Shown in pieces: positions 45,994 through 58,537 of a DNA stretch of 64,000 nucleotides. The notes below the pieces were generated by a model. It saw nothing but the letters and a program-made list of their open reading frames with translations. It did no database searches and was not told the origin of the DNA. The first letter of the stretch is position 1; each line of letters opens with the position of its first letter. Made by a program: the position numbers and the translations under genes. The stretch is from Thermotogota bacterium. GTDB taxonomy: Bacteria; Thermotogota; Thermotogae; MWEM01. Location of the stretch: the NCBI GenBank assembly GCA_035391225.1, contig DAOPKN010000005.1, positions 42,063-106,062 on the forward strand, in the 5' to 3' direction.

Positions 45994-46545
45994 TTACATC
46001 TGTTTCCGTGCTTCTTCCATCCCTCGATCCAACGCCTGGCAATTCATGTCCAGCAACTGGGCTTTCTTGCCGGTGAGCTTCTTTTCCAACGCTTTCACCA
46101 CGCTATCCTTCGAAACAACGTTGGTGGCCTGGATGTACGCTCCCAGCACTACCATGTTCGCTACCTTTGGATTGCCAATGGCCTCCGCGATGGCGTTCGC
46201 GTCCACGCTCACCATTCGGATGTCGGTGCGTTCGGGTTTGCGGTCCACAACCGATGAGTTGATGATGAGCCATCCATTGGGAACGATTTGCCCTTCGAAC
46301 TTGATGAGTGAGGGGATGTTCATCACCACCACTTCGCTGGGTTGGTCCACCACGGGAGATCCCACGGCGTTCTCGTCGTCTACCACGATGGAACAGTTCG
46401 CGGTTCCCCCACGCATTTCGGGTCCATAGGAAGGCATCCAGGTGACTTGCTTGTTTTCCAACATTCCCGCGTAGGTCACCAGCTGGCCCATCAACATCAC
46501 GCCCTGCCCCCCGAATCCGGAAATGATCGCAGTATGCATGCTCAT
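45994..46545 (-). CDS. 2-oxoacid:ferredoxin oxidoreductase, gamma subunit
   Basis: AIISGFGGQGVMLMGQLVTYAG N-terminal motif of POR/VOR gamma subunits. Confidence 0.85.
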   Translation of the reverse strand: MSMHTAIISGFGGQGVMLMGQLVTYAGMLENKQVTWMPSYGPEMRGGTANCSIVVDDENAVGSPVVDQPSEVVVMNIPSLIKFEGQIVPNGWLIINSSVVDRKPERTDIRMVSVDANAIAEAIGNPKVANMVVLGAYIQATNVVSKDSVVKALEKKLTGKKAQLLDMNCQALDRGMEEARKQM

Positions 46546-47297
46546 TTCGCATCACCCACCTTGTCCACGAAAACCCCCAGTGGGAACTCTTCCAGCATGT
46601 TCTTCTTCGCCCACTCCACCGATTCTACCGGGGAAAGACCCCAGTTGGTGGGGCAAGTGGAAACCACTTCCACGAGCGAATAGCCCAAACCCTTTTGCTG
46701 TGCGATGAAGGCCTTCTTGATCGCTTTCTTTGCCTGCAGAATGTCCTTTGGGCTGAGCAGGCTCACACGCTGCAAGAATGCCACCCCCTTGAGCCCTTGC
46801 AGCATCTCGCACACGTGGATGGGATATCCCACGTCGTTGACATCCCGACCGTAGGGAGAAGTGGTGGTTTTCATGCCCTCCAGGGTCGTGGGAGCCATCT
46901 GCCCCCCTGTCATACCGTAAATGGCGTTGTTGATGAAAATCGTGGTGATCTTTTCCCCCCGATTCGCGGTGTGAATGGTTTCCGCGGTACCGATGGCTGC
47001 AAGGTCACCATCGCCCTGGTAGGTAAACACGGTGAGGTCGGGGCGCGCGCGTTTCATGCCAGTGGCAACCGCAGTTGCCCTTCCGTGCGCGGCTACGGTT
47101 CCATCCACGTCGAAGAACTCGTAGGCGAACACCGAGCAGCCTACGGGGGCTGTCATAAGCGTTTTTCCGCGCAATTCGAGTTCATCGAGCACTTCGGAGA
47201 TCAGCCGGTGGGCCACTCCGTGAAGGCAACCGGGGCAATAGGTAAATTCCTTTTCGTGGAGGGACTTTGGACGTTTCATGTGCACCTTGGTTTGCAT
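46542..47297 (-). CDS. 2-oxoacid:ferredoxin oxidoreductase, beta (TPP-binding) subunit
   Basis: Start trimmed to MQTKVHMKRP. TAATG overlap with the alpha stop. CPGCLHG and TYQGDGDLAAIG (TPP GDG motif). ORF-track start 47507 is an in-frame extension. Confidence 0.85.
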   Translation of the reverse strand: MQTKVHMKRPKSLHEKEFTYCPGCLHGVAHRLISEVLDELELRGKTLMTAPVGCSVFAYEFFDVDGTVAAHGRATAVATGMKRARPDLTVFTYQGDGDLAAIGTAETIHTANRGEKITTIFINNAIYGMTGGQMAPTTLEGMKTTTSPYGRDVNDVGYPIHVCEMLQGLKGVAFLQRVSLLSPKDILQAKKAIKKAFIAQQKGLGYSLVEVVSTCPTNWGLSPVESVEWAKKNMLEEFPLGVFVDKVGDAK

Positions 47298-48361
47298 TAC
47301 TCCACCTCCCATTCCCGTTTCAGCGCTTGCAGTACTTCCGTGGGTGTGGGAACAACCCCGCCCATGCGTCCGTAGAAGGGTGTGGGCACGCGGCCTTCCA
47401 CCGCAAGGCGAACGTCCTCGAGCATCTGCCCTGCGCTCATTTCCACCGTCATCACCATTTGGAGTTTTTCTGCAGCCTGGCGAATGGCCGCGTATGGGAA
47501 GGGCCACAGCGTGATGGGGCGGATAAGCCCTACGCGCAAACCCTCGGCACGTGCCATTTGCACAACGGTTTTGATGATGCGTGCCATGGTTCCGTATGCC
47601 ACGAAGGCAACCTGGGCATCTTCCATCTGGTACGATTCGAAACGGGTCTCGTTCTTTTCCACTTCGCGGTAGGTTTTTTGGTACCCGATGTTCATTTCTT
47701 CCAGTTTCACAGGATCGATGTCAAACGAGGTTATCTTGTACGATTCCCGCCCTTCGCTTCCGCGCATCGCCCAATGCATGTGGCGTTCGTGGTCATGGCG
47801 GGGTTTCATTTCCGGCAAGCACACGGGTTCCATCATTTGCCCCAACAAACCGTCCGCCATGATCAACGCGGGCACCCGGTACGTGTCGGCGAGGTCGAAT
47901 GCCAGCGAAACGTGGTCCACCGCTTCTTGCAACGTGGAAGGCGCAAGCACGATCAAGTGGTAATCCCCGTGGCCACCACCCTTCGTGCCCTGGAAGTAGT
48001 CGGACTGGGCAGGTTGAATATCCCCCAGCCCAGGGCCTCCGCGCACCACGTTGATGAAAACGGAGGGCAATCGTGCACCCGCGATGTACGAAACCCCTTC
48101 CTGCATCAGCGAAAAACCCGGGGAAGACGTGGATGTGAACACGCGTGTTCCGGTACATGCCGCTCCGTACACCATGTTCACTGCCGCCACCTCGCTTTCT
48201 GCTTGCAAGAAGGTACCTTCTACCTCCGGAAGCCTGCGGGACATATACTCGGTCAATTCACTTTGCGGGGTGATGGGGTATCCAAAGTACAGCCGGCAAC
48301 CCGCCCGGATCGCGGCTTCCCCCATGGCTTCGGTGCCTTTCATCATCAATTGTTCATTCAT
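47297..48361 (-). CDS. 2-oxoacid:ferredoxin oxidoreductase, alpha subunit
   Basis: Start trimmed to MNEQLMMKGTEA with RBS AAGGGAGGAA. Typical GYPITPQSEL motif. Confidence 0.85.
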   Translation of the reverse strand: MNEQLMMKGTEAMGEAAIRAGCRLYFGYPITPQSELTEYMSRRLPEVEGTFLQAESEVAAVNMVYGAACTGTRVFTSTSSPGFSLMQEGVSYIAGARLPSVFINVVRGGPGLGDIQPAQSDYFQGTKGGGHGDYHLIVLAPSTLQEAVDHVSLAFDLADTYRVPALIMADGLLGQMMEPVCLPEMKPRHDHERHMHWAMRGSEGRESYKITSFDIDPVKLEEMNIGYQKTYREVEKNETRFESYQMEDAQVAFVAYGTMARIIKTVVQMARAEGLRVGLIRPITLWPFPYAAIRQAAEKLQMVMTVEMSAGQMLEDVRLAVEGRVPTPFYGRMGGVVPTPTEVLQALKREWEVE

Positions 48362-48375
48362 ACACGGTTCCTCCC

Positions 48376-48603
48376 TTACTCCTTGACAACCCGGTGCACC
48401 GTGATACAGGTATCCGGGCAGGTCAAGTAACAGAATCCACATCCCACGCACTTCTCTTCGGGGTCCACTTGTTGGGCGGGATGGTATCCCTTGGAGTTGA
48501 ACGAGGAAGCAAAGGCAATGATTTTCTGGGGGCATACGCTGATACACAACCCACAACCCTTGCAACGCTCGCCATCGATTTCGATCATGGCTCGTCTTGC
48601 CAT
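48376..48603 (-). CDS. 2-oxoacid:ferredoxin oxidoreductase, delta subunit (2x[4Fe-4S] ferredoxin)
   Basis: Start trimmed to MARRAMIEIDGERC with RBS GGAGGAG. Two CxxCxxCxxxCP clusters (CKGCGLCISVCP, CVGCGFCYLTCP). Confidence 0.8.
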   Translation of the reverse strand: MARRAMIEIDGERCKGCGLCISVCPQKIIAFASSFNSKGYHPAQQVDPEEKCVGCGFCYLTCPDTCITVHRVVKE

Positions 48604-48637
48604 CTTCTCTCCTCCTCTATGCATTTTTCTTCCTTTT

Positions 48638-51331
<2,694 letters not shown>

Positions 51332-51335
<4 letters not shown>

Positions 51336-52411
51336 TCTTTCACTCCTTGAAAAACAAAGGTCCTGGAATCCTCTTGGCCTTCCAGGACCCGCAAAGTCCC
51401 CGTAGCAAGGGCCTCTAGCTCGTCTTCTCCCGGAACAAGTGTGACCAGGGCAAAACGAGACACGTACCCTTTTATCTTTTCCACGAATTCCACGTGGTGG
51501 GCAATACCACCCGTCAAGATGATCGCGTCGATGTTTCCTTCCAGCACTGCGCACATTCCACCGATCTCCTTGCTAATCTGGAAAGCCATGGCTTCGATGA
51601 CCTCCGCGGCGTGGGGATCATTTCGTCCCATATCGTACGCTTTTTGGAAGCTATTGGTGTTGAGGTAGGCAGTAAGCCCACCTCTCTTGGTGAACAGTCG
51701 CTTGAGTTCCTTGTGTGCATACTCCCCGGAAAACGCCATCTTCACCACGTCGCCACATGGCAATGCGCCGGTTCGCTCGGGGCTGAACGGCCCCTCGTCG
51801 TTGGCGTTGTTCACGTCCACCAAGCGCCCGCGTCGCTGCGCGCCGATGGAGATACCCCCACCCAGATGGGCAACCACGAAATTGCATTCCGCGTAAGGTT
51901 TTCCGATTTCGCGGGCCACCTTGCGCGACACGGCCTTCATGTTCAACGCGTGTAACAAGCTTTTGCGGGGAATCTCGGGCAACCCGGAGTAGCGGGAAAG
52001 GGCATGGAACTCGTCCACAGACACCGGATCGGTGATAAAAGCTGGCTTGTGTACCGTTGTCGCAAACTCCCACGCAAGCACAGCCGCCAAGTTGGAGGCA
52101 TGTTCCACGGGCGAATGGTCTTTCAAGTACTCCACCATCTGTTCGTTCACCCGGTAGGTGCCGCTCTCGAGGGGCGGTAAAATTCCCCCGCGCGCGGCGA
52201 AAGCATCGAATTGGGACAGTTCGTACCCTGCATGATCCAGGAACTCCAAGATGTTTTTCTTGCGGAGGGGAACCTGCTGCATGAGGGATCCCAGGGTGGC
52301 CAATCGATCGCCATCATGCGCAATGCTCTGCTTGGTCACCAGGTGGTCGCCGTCGTAGATGGCAAGCTTGGTGGACGTCGACCCGGGGTTTATGGAAAGA
52401 ACCAACGGCAT
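51332..52411 (-). CDS. buk: Butyrate kinase, copy 2
   Basis: Start trimmed to [19 protein letters not shown] with RBS AAGGAG. Paralogous to copy 1 (shared blocks NFVVAH(M/L)[11 protein letters not shown](V/I)LTGG). Confidence 0.85.
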
Positions 52412-52412
52412 C

Positions 52413-53666
52413 TTAGTCCCCGTTCTCCTTTTGGTACGCATCGATGGCATCTGCGAGGCGCACGACACCTTCCTGGATTTCCGCTTCCGAGGGCAAGCAG
52501 AAGGAAAGGCGCATGCAATTGCCGTTGCTCTTCCCGTCCACCGAAAAGGCGGAACCGGGAATGAAAATAACCTTGCGTTCCTTGGCATATTCCAGCAACT
52601 CCACGGTATCGATGTGCTTGGGCAGGCAAACCCAGGTAAACAAGCCGCCACAGGGATTGGTCCAGGTGGTTCCCTCGAAATGGATCAAGTGTTTCTCGAA
52701 AGACTCCAGCATCACATCCCGTTTTGCCGCGTACACCTTCAAGGAGTTCTGCAAGACCTTCAATGGATCGTGGCGTTCCAAGTAACGCGCGGTAAGGCGT
52801 TGCAAAAGGGGAGATGTACACAGGTCCGCTGCTTGCTTTCCCATCACGATTTTGCGTACGACGTGGCGGTTTCCGATGACCATTCCCATGCGCAACCCAG
52901 GGGATAACACCTTGCTGAAGGTGTTTAGCAACAAAACCTGCTCCTGCAAACCACGTTGTTGCGCCAGGTGGTAAATCGTGGGAATCTTCTCTCCCTCGAA
53001 GCGAAGCAAACCGTAAGGGTCGTCTTCGATGACGGGGATCTTGTACTTCTCGGCGATATCCAGGATATGGTGACGCTTTTCCAGGCTCAACGTCAGACCG
53101 GTGGGATTGTCGAAGTTGCTCACCACGTACAGGAACTTGAAGCGCTCCAGCTCGTCGGCGCTCATCTTTTCCAGGCTATTCTCCAAGATCTGCAAATTGG
53201 GGCCATCTGGTTCCATGGGCAAGTTGATGAACTTGGGGGCGCGAATGCGAAAGGCACTGGCGGCTCCCAAGTACACTGGGTCGACGATGGCGCAGATACT
53301 GTCTTCGTCGAGGAACATGCGCCCGATGAGGTCCAACGCCTGCTGGGAACCGGAGGTAATCACGATCTGGTCGTCGCTCAACCCGTGGATGTTTTCATGA
53401 CGCTTGAGGTATTCCAAGTACTGCTGCTTGAGCAACGGGTCACCCTCGGTGGTTCCGTATTGCAGCGTGATTTGGTACTCCTCCAGAACGATCTCACGCG
53501 CAATTTCGGCAAGCTCAGCTCGCGGGAAGGTTTCCGGGTCGGGCACCCCCCCACCGAAAGAAATGAGCCCAGGGATGCTTGTCGCCTTGAGCAGTTCCCG
53601 GATAATATTCGCAGTGGTGCGTTTCGCGATCTTCGAAAGTTTTGATTCGATGACATCTCCGTTCAT
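52413..53666 (-). CDS. PLP-dependent aminotransferase, class I (ARO8/LysN-like)
   Basis: Start trimmed to MNGDVIESKLSK with RBS GGAGGTG. PLP-Lys context NTFSKVLSPGLRMG. First gene of the aminotransferase-buk2-ptb-buk1-ATPase-vorDABG unit. Confidence 0.8.
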   Translation of the reverse strand: MNGDVIESKLSKIAKRTTANIIRELLKATSIPGLISFGGGVPDPETFPRAELAEIAREIVLEEYQITLQYGTTEGDPLLKQQYLEYLKRHENIHGLSDDQIVITSGSQQALDLIGRMFLDEDSICAIVDPVYLGAASAFRIRAPKFINLPMEPDGPNLQILENSLEKMSADELERFKFLYVVSNFDNPTGLTLSLEKRHHILDIAEKYKIPVIEDDPYGLLRFEGEKIPTIYHLAQQRGLQEQVLLLNTFSKVLSPGLRMGMVIGNRHVVRKIVMGKQAADLCTSPLLQRLTARYLERHDPLKVLQNSLKVYAAKRDVMLESFEKHLIHFEGTTWTNPCGGLFTWVCLPKHIDTVELLEYAKERKVIFIPGSAFSVDGKSNGNCMRLSFCLPSEAEIQEGVVRLADAIDAYQKENGD

Positions 53667-53929
53667 TTGAACACCTCCATACCAGTTTCCCGATTTTGCT
53701 TTCACTACCATTGTATCAAAGCCAACGGGAAAAGAGCAAAAAAAGGGGCAAATTCTTATATTCTAATGAACTAACTTGCAGAAAAGAAAGAACATGCTCC
53801 GCCCACTCGTGCAAAAAAATTCACCGAGAAAAAAATTGCAGGTGCAACCGGAGAAGGATTTTCGAGAGATTTGCCCCAAAAAGGTGTACCATTGGGGTGA
53901 GGCTTTTTGATGGGGGAGGGATTCAAGAC

Positions 53930-55282
53930 ATGCTGATCATTTTCCAGCTGCTGGTACTGTGCCTGCTCATCTGGGTGTACTACAACCTCATCACCGGTCA
54001 CATGAGCAAGGCAGCTTCCGCCTTTGCTGCCGGGGCGCTGGTGTTGTCGTTCAACTCCATCTTCCAACTGGTACCCGGCCTTGACCTGGAACACCTCAGC
54101 CAGTTCGTGGATTTCAAGACCATTTCCCTTCTCGTGGGAATGATGTTGCTGATGCCCTTCGTGGAGAAATCGGGTTTCTTCCATTACATCGCTATCCAGG
54201 TGGTTCGCCTCAGCAAGGGAAGCTTGCTCGGGCTTTTCGTGATCACTTCCGTTGCCGTGGCGTTGAGTTCCGCCTTCTTGAACAACGTGAGCACGGTAAT
54301 GGTGTTTGTTCCCGTGATCCTCGCCATCCTCGACAGTATCGGCAAAAAACCATTTCCCTTCCTGATGATGATCGTGCTTTCTGCCAACCTTGGGGGAACA
54401 GCGACGCTCATCGGCGACCCCCCCAACATGATCATCGGCTTCGCGGCGAATAAGTCTTTCAGCGCGTTCCTGGTGAACGTTGCTCCCGCGGTGCTTCTTT
54501 CGCTTGCGGTCGTGCTGTGGATGATCCTCCGCAGGGAAAAAGGTTTCTTCCAGCTGGATGCCGAGGAAAAGAAGGCACTGCAATCCTTTCGAAACCAAGA
54601 CCCCAAAAGTGCCATCCGGGACAAGAAGCTGATGTTCCAATCCCTCGGGGTCTTCGCGGGTGCCATCATCGGGTTCATGCTTCCCCCGAGCTGGGGCGTG
54701 GATCCCGCCATCGTATCGCTGATCGCGGGGTCGATCCTGTTGATCATGCTAAAAACCGACACCCCAACCATGGAGGAAATCCTCAAGAAAATGGAATGGG
54801 GAACCCTCTTCTTTTTCATCGGCATGTTCACCCTGGTGTTTGCCCTACAGCAACTGGGATTCATCGATGGAATTGGAAAGCTGTTCCTGGCCCTCGGGGA
54901 AATGGGAGGCGCCTCCCCCGTTCTTGCAAACATCCTGCTGCTATTGACCATGGTTTGGATTCCCCTTTTTGCCGCGGGGATCATGGGTGCCGTTCCCATT
55001 GCCATGATCATGGTGCCCATCGTGCATTCACTTCTCCAACGGGCAGCGGAAGCCTCGATCGCCATTTCCCCGGATATCTGGTGGGCCCTCGTGCTGGGGG
55101 CTTGCTACGGGGGAAACCTCACGTTGGTGGCGGCAGCTGCAAACATCGTGGTTGCCGGAATGGTGGAAAGGATGCCAACGGGAAGGATGACGTTCCCCAC
55201 TTTCTTTCGTTACAGCTTCCCGCTGGTGATGGCCTCGGGGATCGTGGCTTCTGGCTACATCCTACTGAAGTACCTGCTGTAG
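53930..55282 (+). CDS. ArsB/NhaD-superfamily (CitMHS-like) membrane transporter
   Basis: ATG at 53930, 9 nt after GGGGGAGGG. About 12 TMs. Two-repeat topology with GDPPNMIIG-type motif. Confidence 0.7.
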   Translation: MLIIFQLLVLCLLIWVYYNLITGHMSKAASAFAAGALVLSFNSIFQLVPGLDLEHLSQFVDFKTISLLVGMMLLMPFVEKSGFFHYIAIQVVRLSKGSLLGLFVITSVAVALSSAFLNNVSTVMVFVPVILAILDSIGKKPFPFLMMIVLSANLGGTATLIGDPPNMIIGFAANKSFSAFLVNVAPAVLLSLAVVLWMILRREKGFFQLDAEEKKALQSFRNQDPKSAIRDKKLMFQSLGVFAGAIIGFMLPPSWGVDPAIVSLIAGSILLIMLKTDTPTMEEILKKMEWGTLFFFIGMFTLVFALQQLGFIDGIGKLFLALGEMGGASPVLANILLLLTMVWIPLFAAGIMGAVPIAMIMVPIVHSLLQRAAEASIAISPDIWWALVLGACYGGNLTLVAAAANIVVAGMVERMPTGRMTFPTFFRYSFPLVMASGIVASGYILLKYLL

Positions 55283-55295
55283 AACCCGGTGGTTC

Positions 55296-56555
55296 TTAGA
55301 TTTCCAACGGCTTGGTCTCGTGATCCTCGTAGCGAATCATGCGGCCTTCCCAGGTACGGATGGTGATGTACCCCTTTCCACGAGATACCAGGTATTGGGG
55401 GAGAAGGGGTGTCTTGCCGTACCCCCCCGGGGCGTTCACGATGAAAGTGGGAATGGCAAGACCCGAGGTGTACCCCCGCAGGTATTCCATGATCTCCAAA
55501 CCATCGTCCACGGAAGTGTTGAAATGCGTAGTGCCCCGCACGTGCTTGGCGTGGAAGATGTAGTAGGGGCGTACACGCACCTTCAAAAGGTCCTGGTTGA
55601 GCTTTTTCATCACGAAACGATCGTTGTTGATGCCGTTGAGCAACACCGCCTGGTTTCCCAGTGGGATTCCCGCGTTTGCCAGTCTTTCGCAGGCTTGCTT
55701 CATCTCGAAGGTGATTTCTTTCGGGTGGTTGGTGTGCGTGTTGATGTACAGCGGATGGTATTTCTGGAGCATGTCCACGAGTTCCTCGTCGATTCTCTGC
55801 GGCATGGTCACCAGGGTGCGCGAACCGATACGGATGATTTCCACATGCTCGATTTGCCGCAAAGCCCGCACGATCTTTTCCAAGTGGGGGGTGGGAAGGG
55901 TGAGAGGATCGCCACCGGTGATGAGTACATCGCGGATCTCCGGGTTTTGGCGGATGTAGGCGATGGACTCCTCGATTTCTTCCATCGGGCGGGGTACATC
56001 CTTCTCCCCGATATTGCGCCTTCTCTGGCAATGGCGGCAGTACATCGCGCATTCGTTGGTGACGTAGATGATCAACCGATCCGGGTAGCGCCGCGTGATC
56101 GCCCCCGCCGGGTTGGTATATTCCTCCGACATCGGGTCAAGTTGACCTTTCTTGCGCGAAATTTCGTGGCGTGTGGGTACACCCATCAGCCGAATGGGGC
56201 CCAAGGGTTCGTCGATGTCCATGAGGCTGGCGTAGTAAGGGGAAAGGGCCCAGCGATAGACCTTGCCCACCTGCTCCACGGCTTCCCGTACTTCCGGGGT
56301 GAGGTTCAAGATCTTTCCCAGGGTTTCCACGTCACGGATGCGGTTGCGAAGCTGCCAACGCCAATCGTCCCACTCTTGCTGGCTACCACCCAGTACCTGC
56401 AAGATGCGTTCCTTGTTTCGGGCAAATTCCTCCGCCAAGTCCATGCCATTGGGAATCTTTTTCTTGGCCTCCAAGTAATTGGAGATTCTCTTTTTTAGGA
56501 CCTCTGCCCTTTCCAGCGAAACGGCGCGCCGGTCCTTTTTCTCGTTTCCGCTCAT
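55296..56555 (-). CDS. kamA: Lysine 2,3-aminomutase (radical SAM, KamA family)
   Basis: CAMYCRHCQRRR radical-SAM cluster motif characteristic of KamA. GGDPLTLP. 419 aa. Confidence 0.85.
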   Translation of the reverse strand: MSGNEKKDRRAVSLERAEVLKKRISNYLEAKKKIPNGMDLAEEFARNKERILQVLGGSQQEWDDWRWQLRNRIRDVETLGKILNLTPEVREAVEQVGKVYRWALSPYYASLMDIDEPLGPIRLMGVPTRHEISRKKGQLDPMSEEYTNPAGAITRRYPDRLIIYVTNECAMYCRHCQRRRNIGEKDVPRPMEEIEESIAYIRQNPEIRDVLITGGDPLTLPTPHLEKIVRALRQIEHVEIIRIGSRTLVTMPQRIDEELVDMLQKYHPLYINTHTNHPKEITFEMKQACERLANAGIPLGNQAVLLNGINNDRFVMKKLNQDLLKVRVRPYYIFHAKHVRGTTHFNTSVDDGLEIMEYLRGYTSGLAIPTFIVNAPGGYGKTPLLPQYLVSRGKGYITIRTWEGRMIRYEDHETKPLEI

Positions 56556-56711
56556 TCTTTCCTCCTTTCAAAATCACATCACTCAAAATGACACCACGGG
56601 ACGGCCCGGTAAAACCGGACCTTTTGGCAAAACAAAAAGCTCCGCCCGTGGCGAAAATGCTTTTGTATTCACATACTCTGGCGAAAAATGCGTGTGTTTT
56701 CCGGGTGAGCC

Positions 56712-57575
56712 TTAGAGCGAATCCCAGATTTCGGTGACCAGGTTCTGGGTCACCTGCCGTCGATACCGGGCGGTGGATCGAACGTCCCCGATGGGGGAAA
56801 TCTTTTCCGCAATCGATGTGCGGACCTTTTCAAGGGTTGCGGCGTCACAGTGTGAGCCTGCCAGTTGGCCTTCCAGCTGGTGAAAACGAACGACAACGGG
56901 TGCAACCGAACCCGCGGCCAGCCGGATTTCTTCGATCACGAGTGGTTTTCCGGGTTCGTGGTCTTCCTCAGCGGCAAGCAACATACCAATGCTGGCAATG
57001 CTGATTGCCATAGCCTTTCGCTGCCCCACCTTCTTGAACCAGCTTCGGAAACGCTTGGGGGGTTTGGGCAACCAAATGGAGTGAATCCATTCACGTGAAA
57101 CATCCAACGAAGTTTTTCCCGGACCGACGATGAAATCTTCCACTGTTTGGTTTCGGAAGGAACCATCGGAAGCGTGGATTTCCAACTGCGCATCCAGCAA
57201 AACCAGTGCAAGCACGACGTCTCCAGCAGGAGATGCGTTGACCACGTTGCCTACGGGAGTTCCCCTGTTACGAATTTGCACGGACCCCACCTCGTTGGCG
57301 GCCTGGCGCAGCAAGGGGAAATGCTGGGCAATAGCGTGGCTTCCCAACAGGTGGGAATGCGTAACCCCTGCCAGTAACCGGAACCCCTCGGGTTCCTCCT
57401 CGATCGCATCGAAACCTTTCAAGTTTTGCAAGCTGATCAACTTCGTGGCGGGTAGCTTCCCCAAACGGCGTTTCACCAAAAGGTCGGTTCCGCCGTTCAA
57501 GATCACGCTTCCAGCTCCCAATTCCTGCAATAGGGCTTTCTCGGATGTGGGAAAAACCACTTGCAAACTGTCCAT
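56712..57575 (-). CDS. Orphan FAD-binding subunit of the molybdopterin (xanthine/CO) dehydrogenase family (CoxM/XdhB-like)
   Basis: Start trimmed to MDSLQVVFP with RBS GGAGGAAG. FAD_binding_5 motif ILNGGTDLLVK. No MoCo or Fe-S partner subunits in the window. Confidence 0.65.
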   Translation of the reverse strand: MDSLQVVFPTSEKALLQELGAGSVILNGGTDLLVKRRLGKLPATKLISLQNLKGFDAIEEEPEGFRLLAGVTHSHLLGSHAIAQHFPLLRQAANEVGSVQIRNRGTPVGNVVNASPAGDVVLALVLLDAQLEIHASDGSFRNQTVEDFIVGPGKTSLDVSREWIHSIWLPKPPKRFRSWFKKVGQRKAMAISIASIGMLLAAEEDHEPGKPLVIEEIRLAAGSVAPVVVRFHQLEGQLAGSHCDAATLEKVRTSIAEKISPIGDVRSTARYRRQVTQNLVTEIWDSL

Positions 57576-57734
57576 ACGCTTCCTCCGGGTTCCGTGATTT
57601 CCTTCATTATACCATATTCCAGGAAGGGGGGTGGGAAGAATGGCATCGCCAAATCCTACCACCCGTGATAACAACAGGAGTATACTCCCTTTGCCATATG
57701 TTGTCATCGCGTTTTGGAATTCTTTTCATTTCGC

Positions 57735-57763
57735 TTGAACCTTTGGGGCAAACGTGATATAAT
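57735..57763 (+). promoter_or_regulatory. Near-consensus sigma-70 promoter (TTGAAC-N17-TATAAT) for the LexA-like repressor gene
   Basis: TTGAAC at 57735-57740, 17-nt spacer, TATAAT at 57758-57763. Inverted repeat CCGACTTTTTCGG about 25 nt downstream. Confidence 0.65.
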
Positions 57764-57846
57764 ATGACACATATGGGAATCACTTCCCGACTTTTTCGGT
57801 CCTGGATTACCGAACGGAAAAACATTCCCCTGAAACGGGAGAAAGG

Positions 57847-58500
57847 ATGATTGGCGGAATGTTGCATAAGGAAGAAGGAAAAGAAACCATCGGAATGCGG
57901 CTGCGAAGGGCCCGCGAATCGAAGGGGCTACCCCGGCACGTGATTGCCGATGCTGCTGGCATTTCCACGAACGGATTGTACATGTACGAATCGGAGCGAA
58001 GGGGGCCTTCGGCGGTGTTGCTGCAGCGCCTGGCAGATGCCCTGGGTGTTTCCATCGCCTACCTGGCGGGAGAAACCGACCTGATGAATCCACCCCCAAA
58101 GGTCACGTCCAACCTCAAGATGTTCGAGGAAAACCTTGCCACGTTACCCGTTTACAGCTCTGTGAGTGCCGGATATGGCAGTATTCCCCTCGAGGAACCC
58201 ATCGACTTCATTCCCCGCCCCCCGGACATCAGCGGTGACATGTGGGTGGTGGTACGTGGCGATTCCATGTCTCCCAAAATCAACGATGGAGACCTGGTGC
58301 TGGTTTCGCGCGAGGCGCATATCGGCGAGAAAGACATCGTGGTGGTGATCATGGAAGGCGAAGCTTTGGTGAAGTGTATCGAGATGCATGGAGAAAGCAA
58401 AGTACTCACCTCGATCAATCCCGAGTATCCCCCGATCTACGACCATGGAACCACCTTCTTCCTCGTGGGAAAAGTGACCCACATGTTGAAGAACATCTGA
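57847..58500 (+). CDS. LexA-like repressor (XRE HTH + S24 peptidase domain)
   Basis: HTH MRLRRARESKGLPRHVIADAAGISTNGLYMYE. S24 domain with VVRGDSMSP (catalytic Ser) and downstream Lys. 217 aa. Confidence 0.75.
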   Translation: MIGGMLHKEEGKETIGMRLRRARESKGLPRHVIADAAGISTNGLYMYESERRGPSAVLLQRLADALGVSIAYLAGETDLMNPPPKVTSNLKMFEENLATLPVYSSVSAGYGSIPLEEPIDFIPRPPDISGDMWVVVRGDSMSPKINDGDLVLVSREAHIGEKDIVVVIMEGEALVKCIEMHGESKVLTSINPEYPPIYDHGTTFFLVGKVTHMLKNI

Positions 58501-58537
58501 GAAAAGAAGGGATAGAACGTTCTGCCGCAGCTTTTCT

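Noticed and set aside
53667-53929. Possible T-box / lysine (L-box) / c-di-GMP riboswitch in the transporter leader
   Set aside because: The GGTG.ACC-like word and A-rich stems do not reproduce the conserved T-box sequence, L-box GAGGCGC/CUGUC cores or GEMM features as far as I can recall them. Retained only as an unexplained inverted-repeat region in findings.
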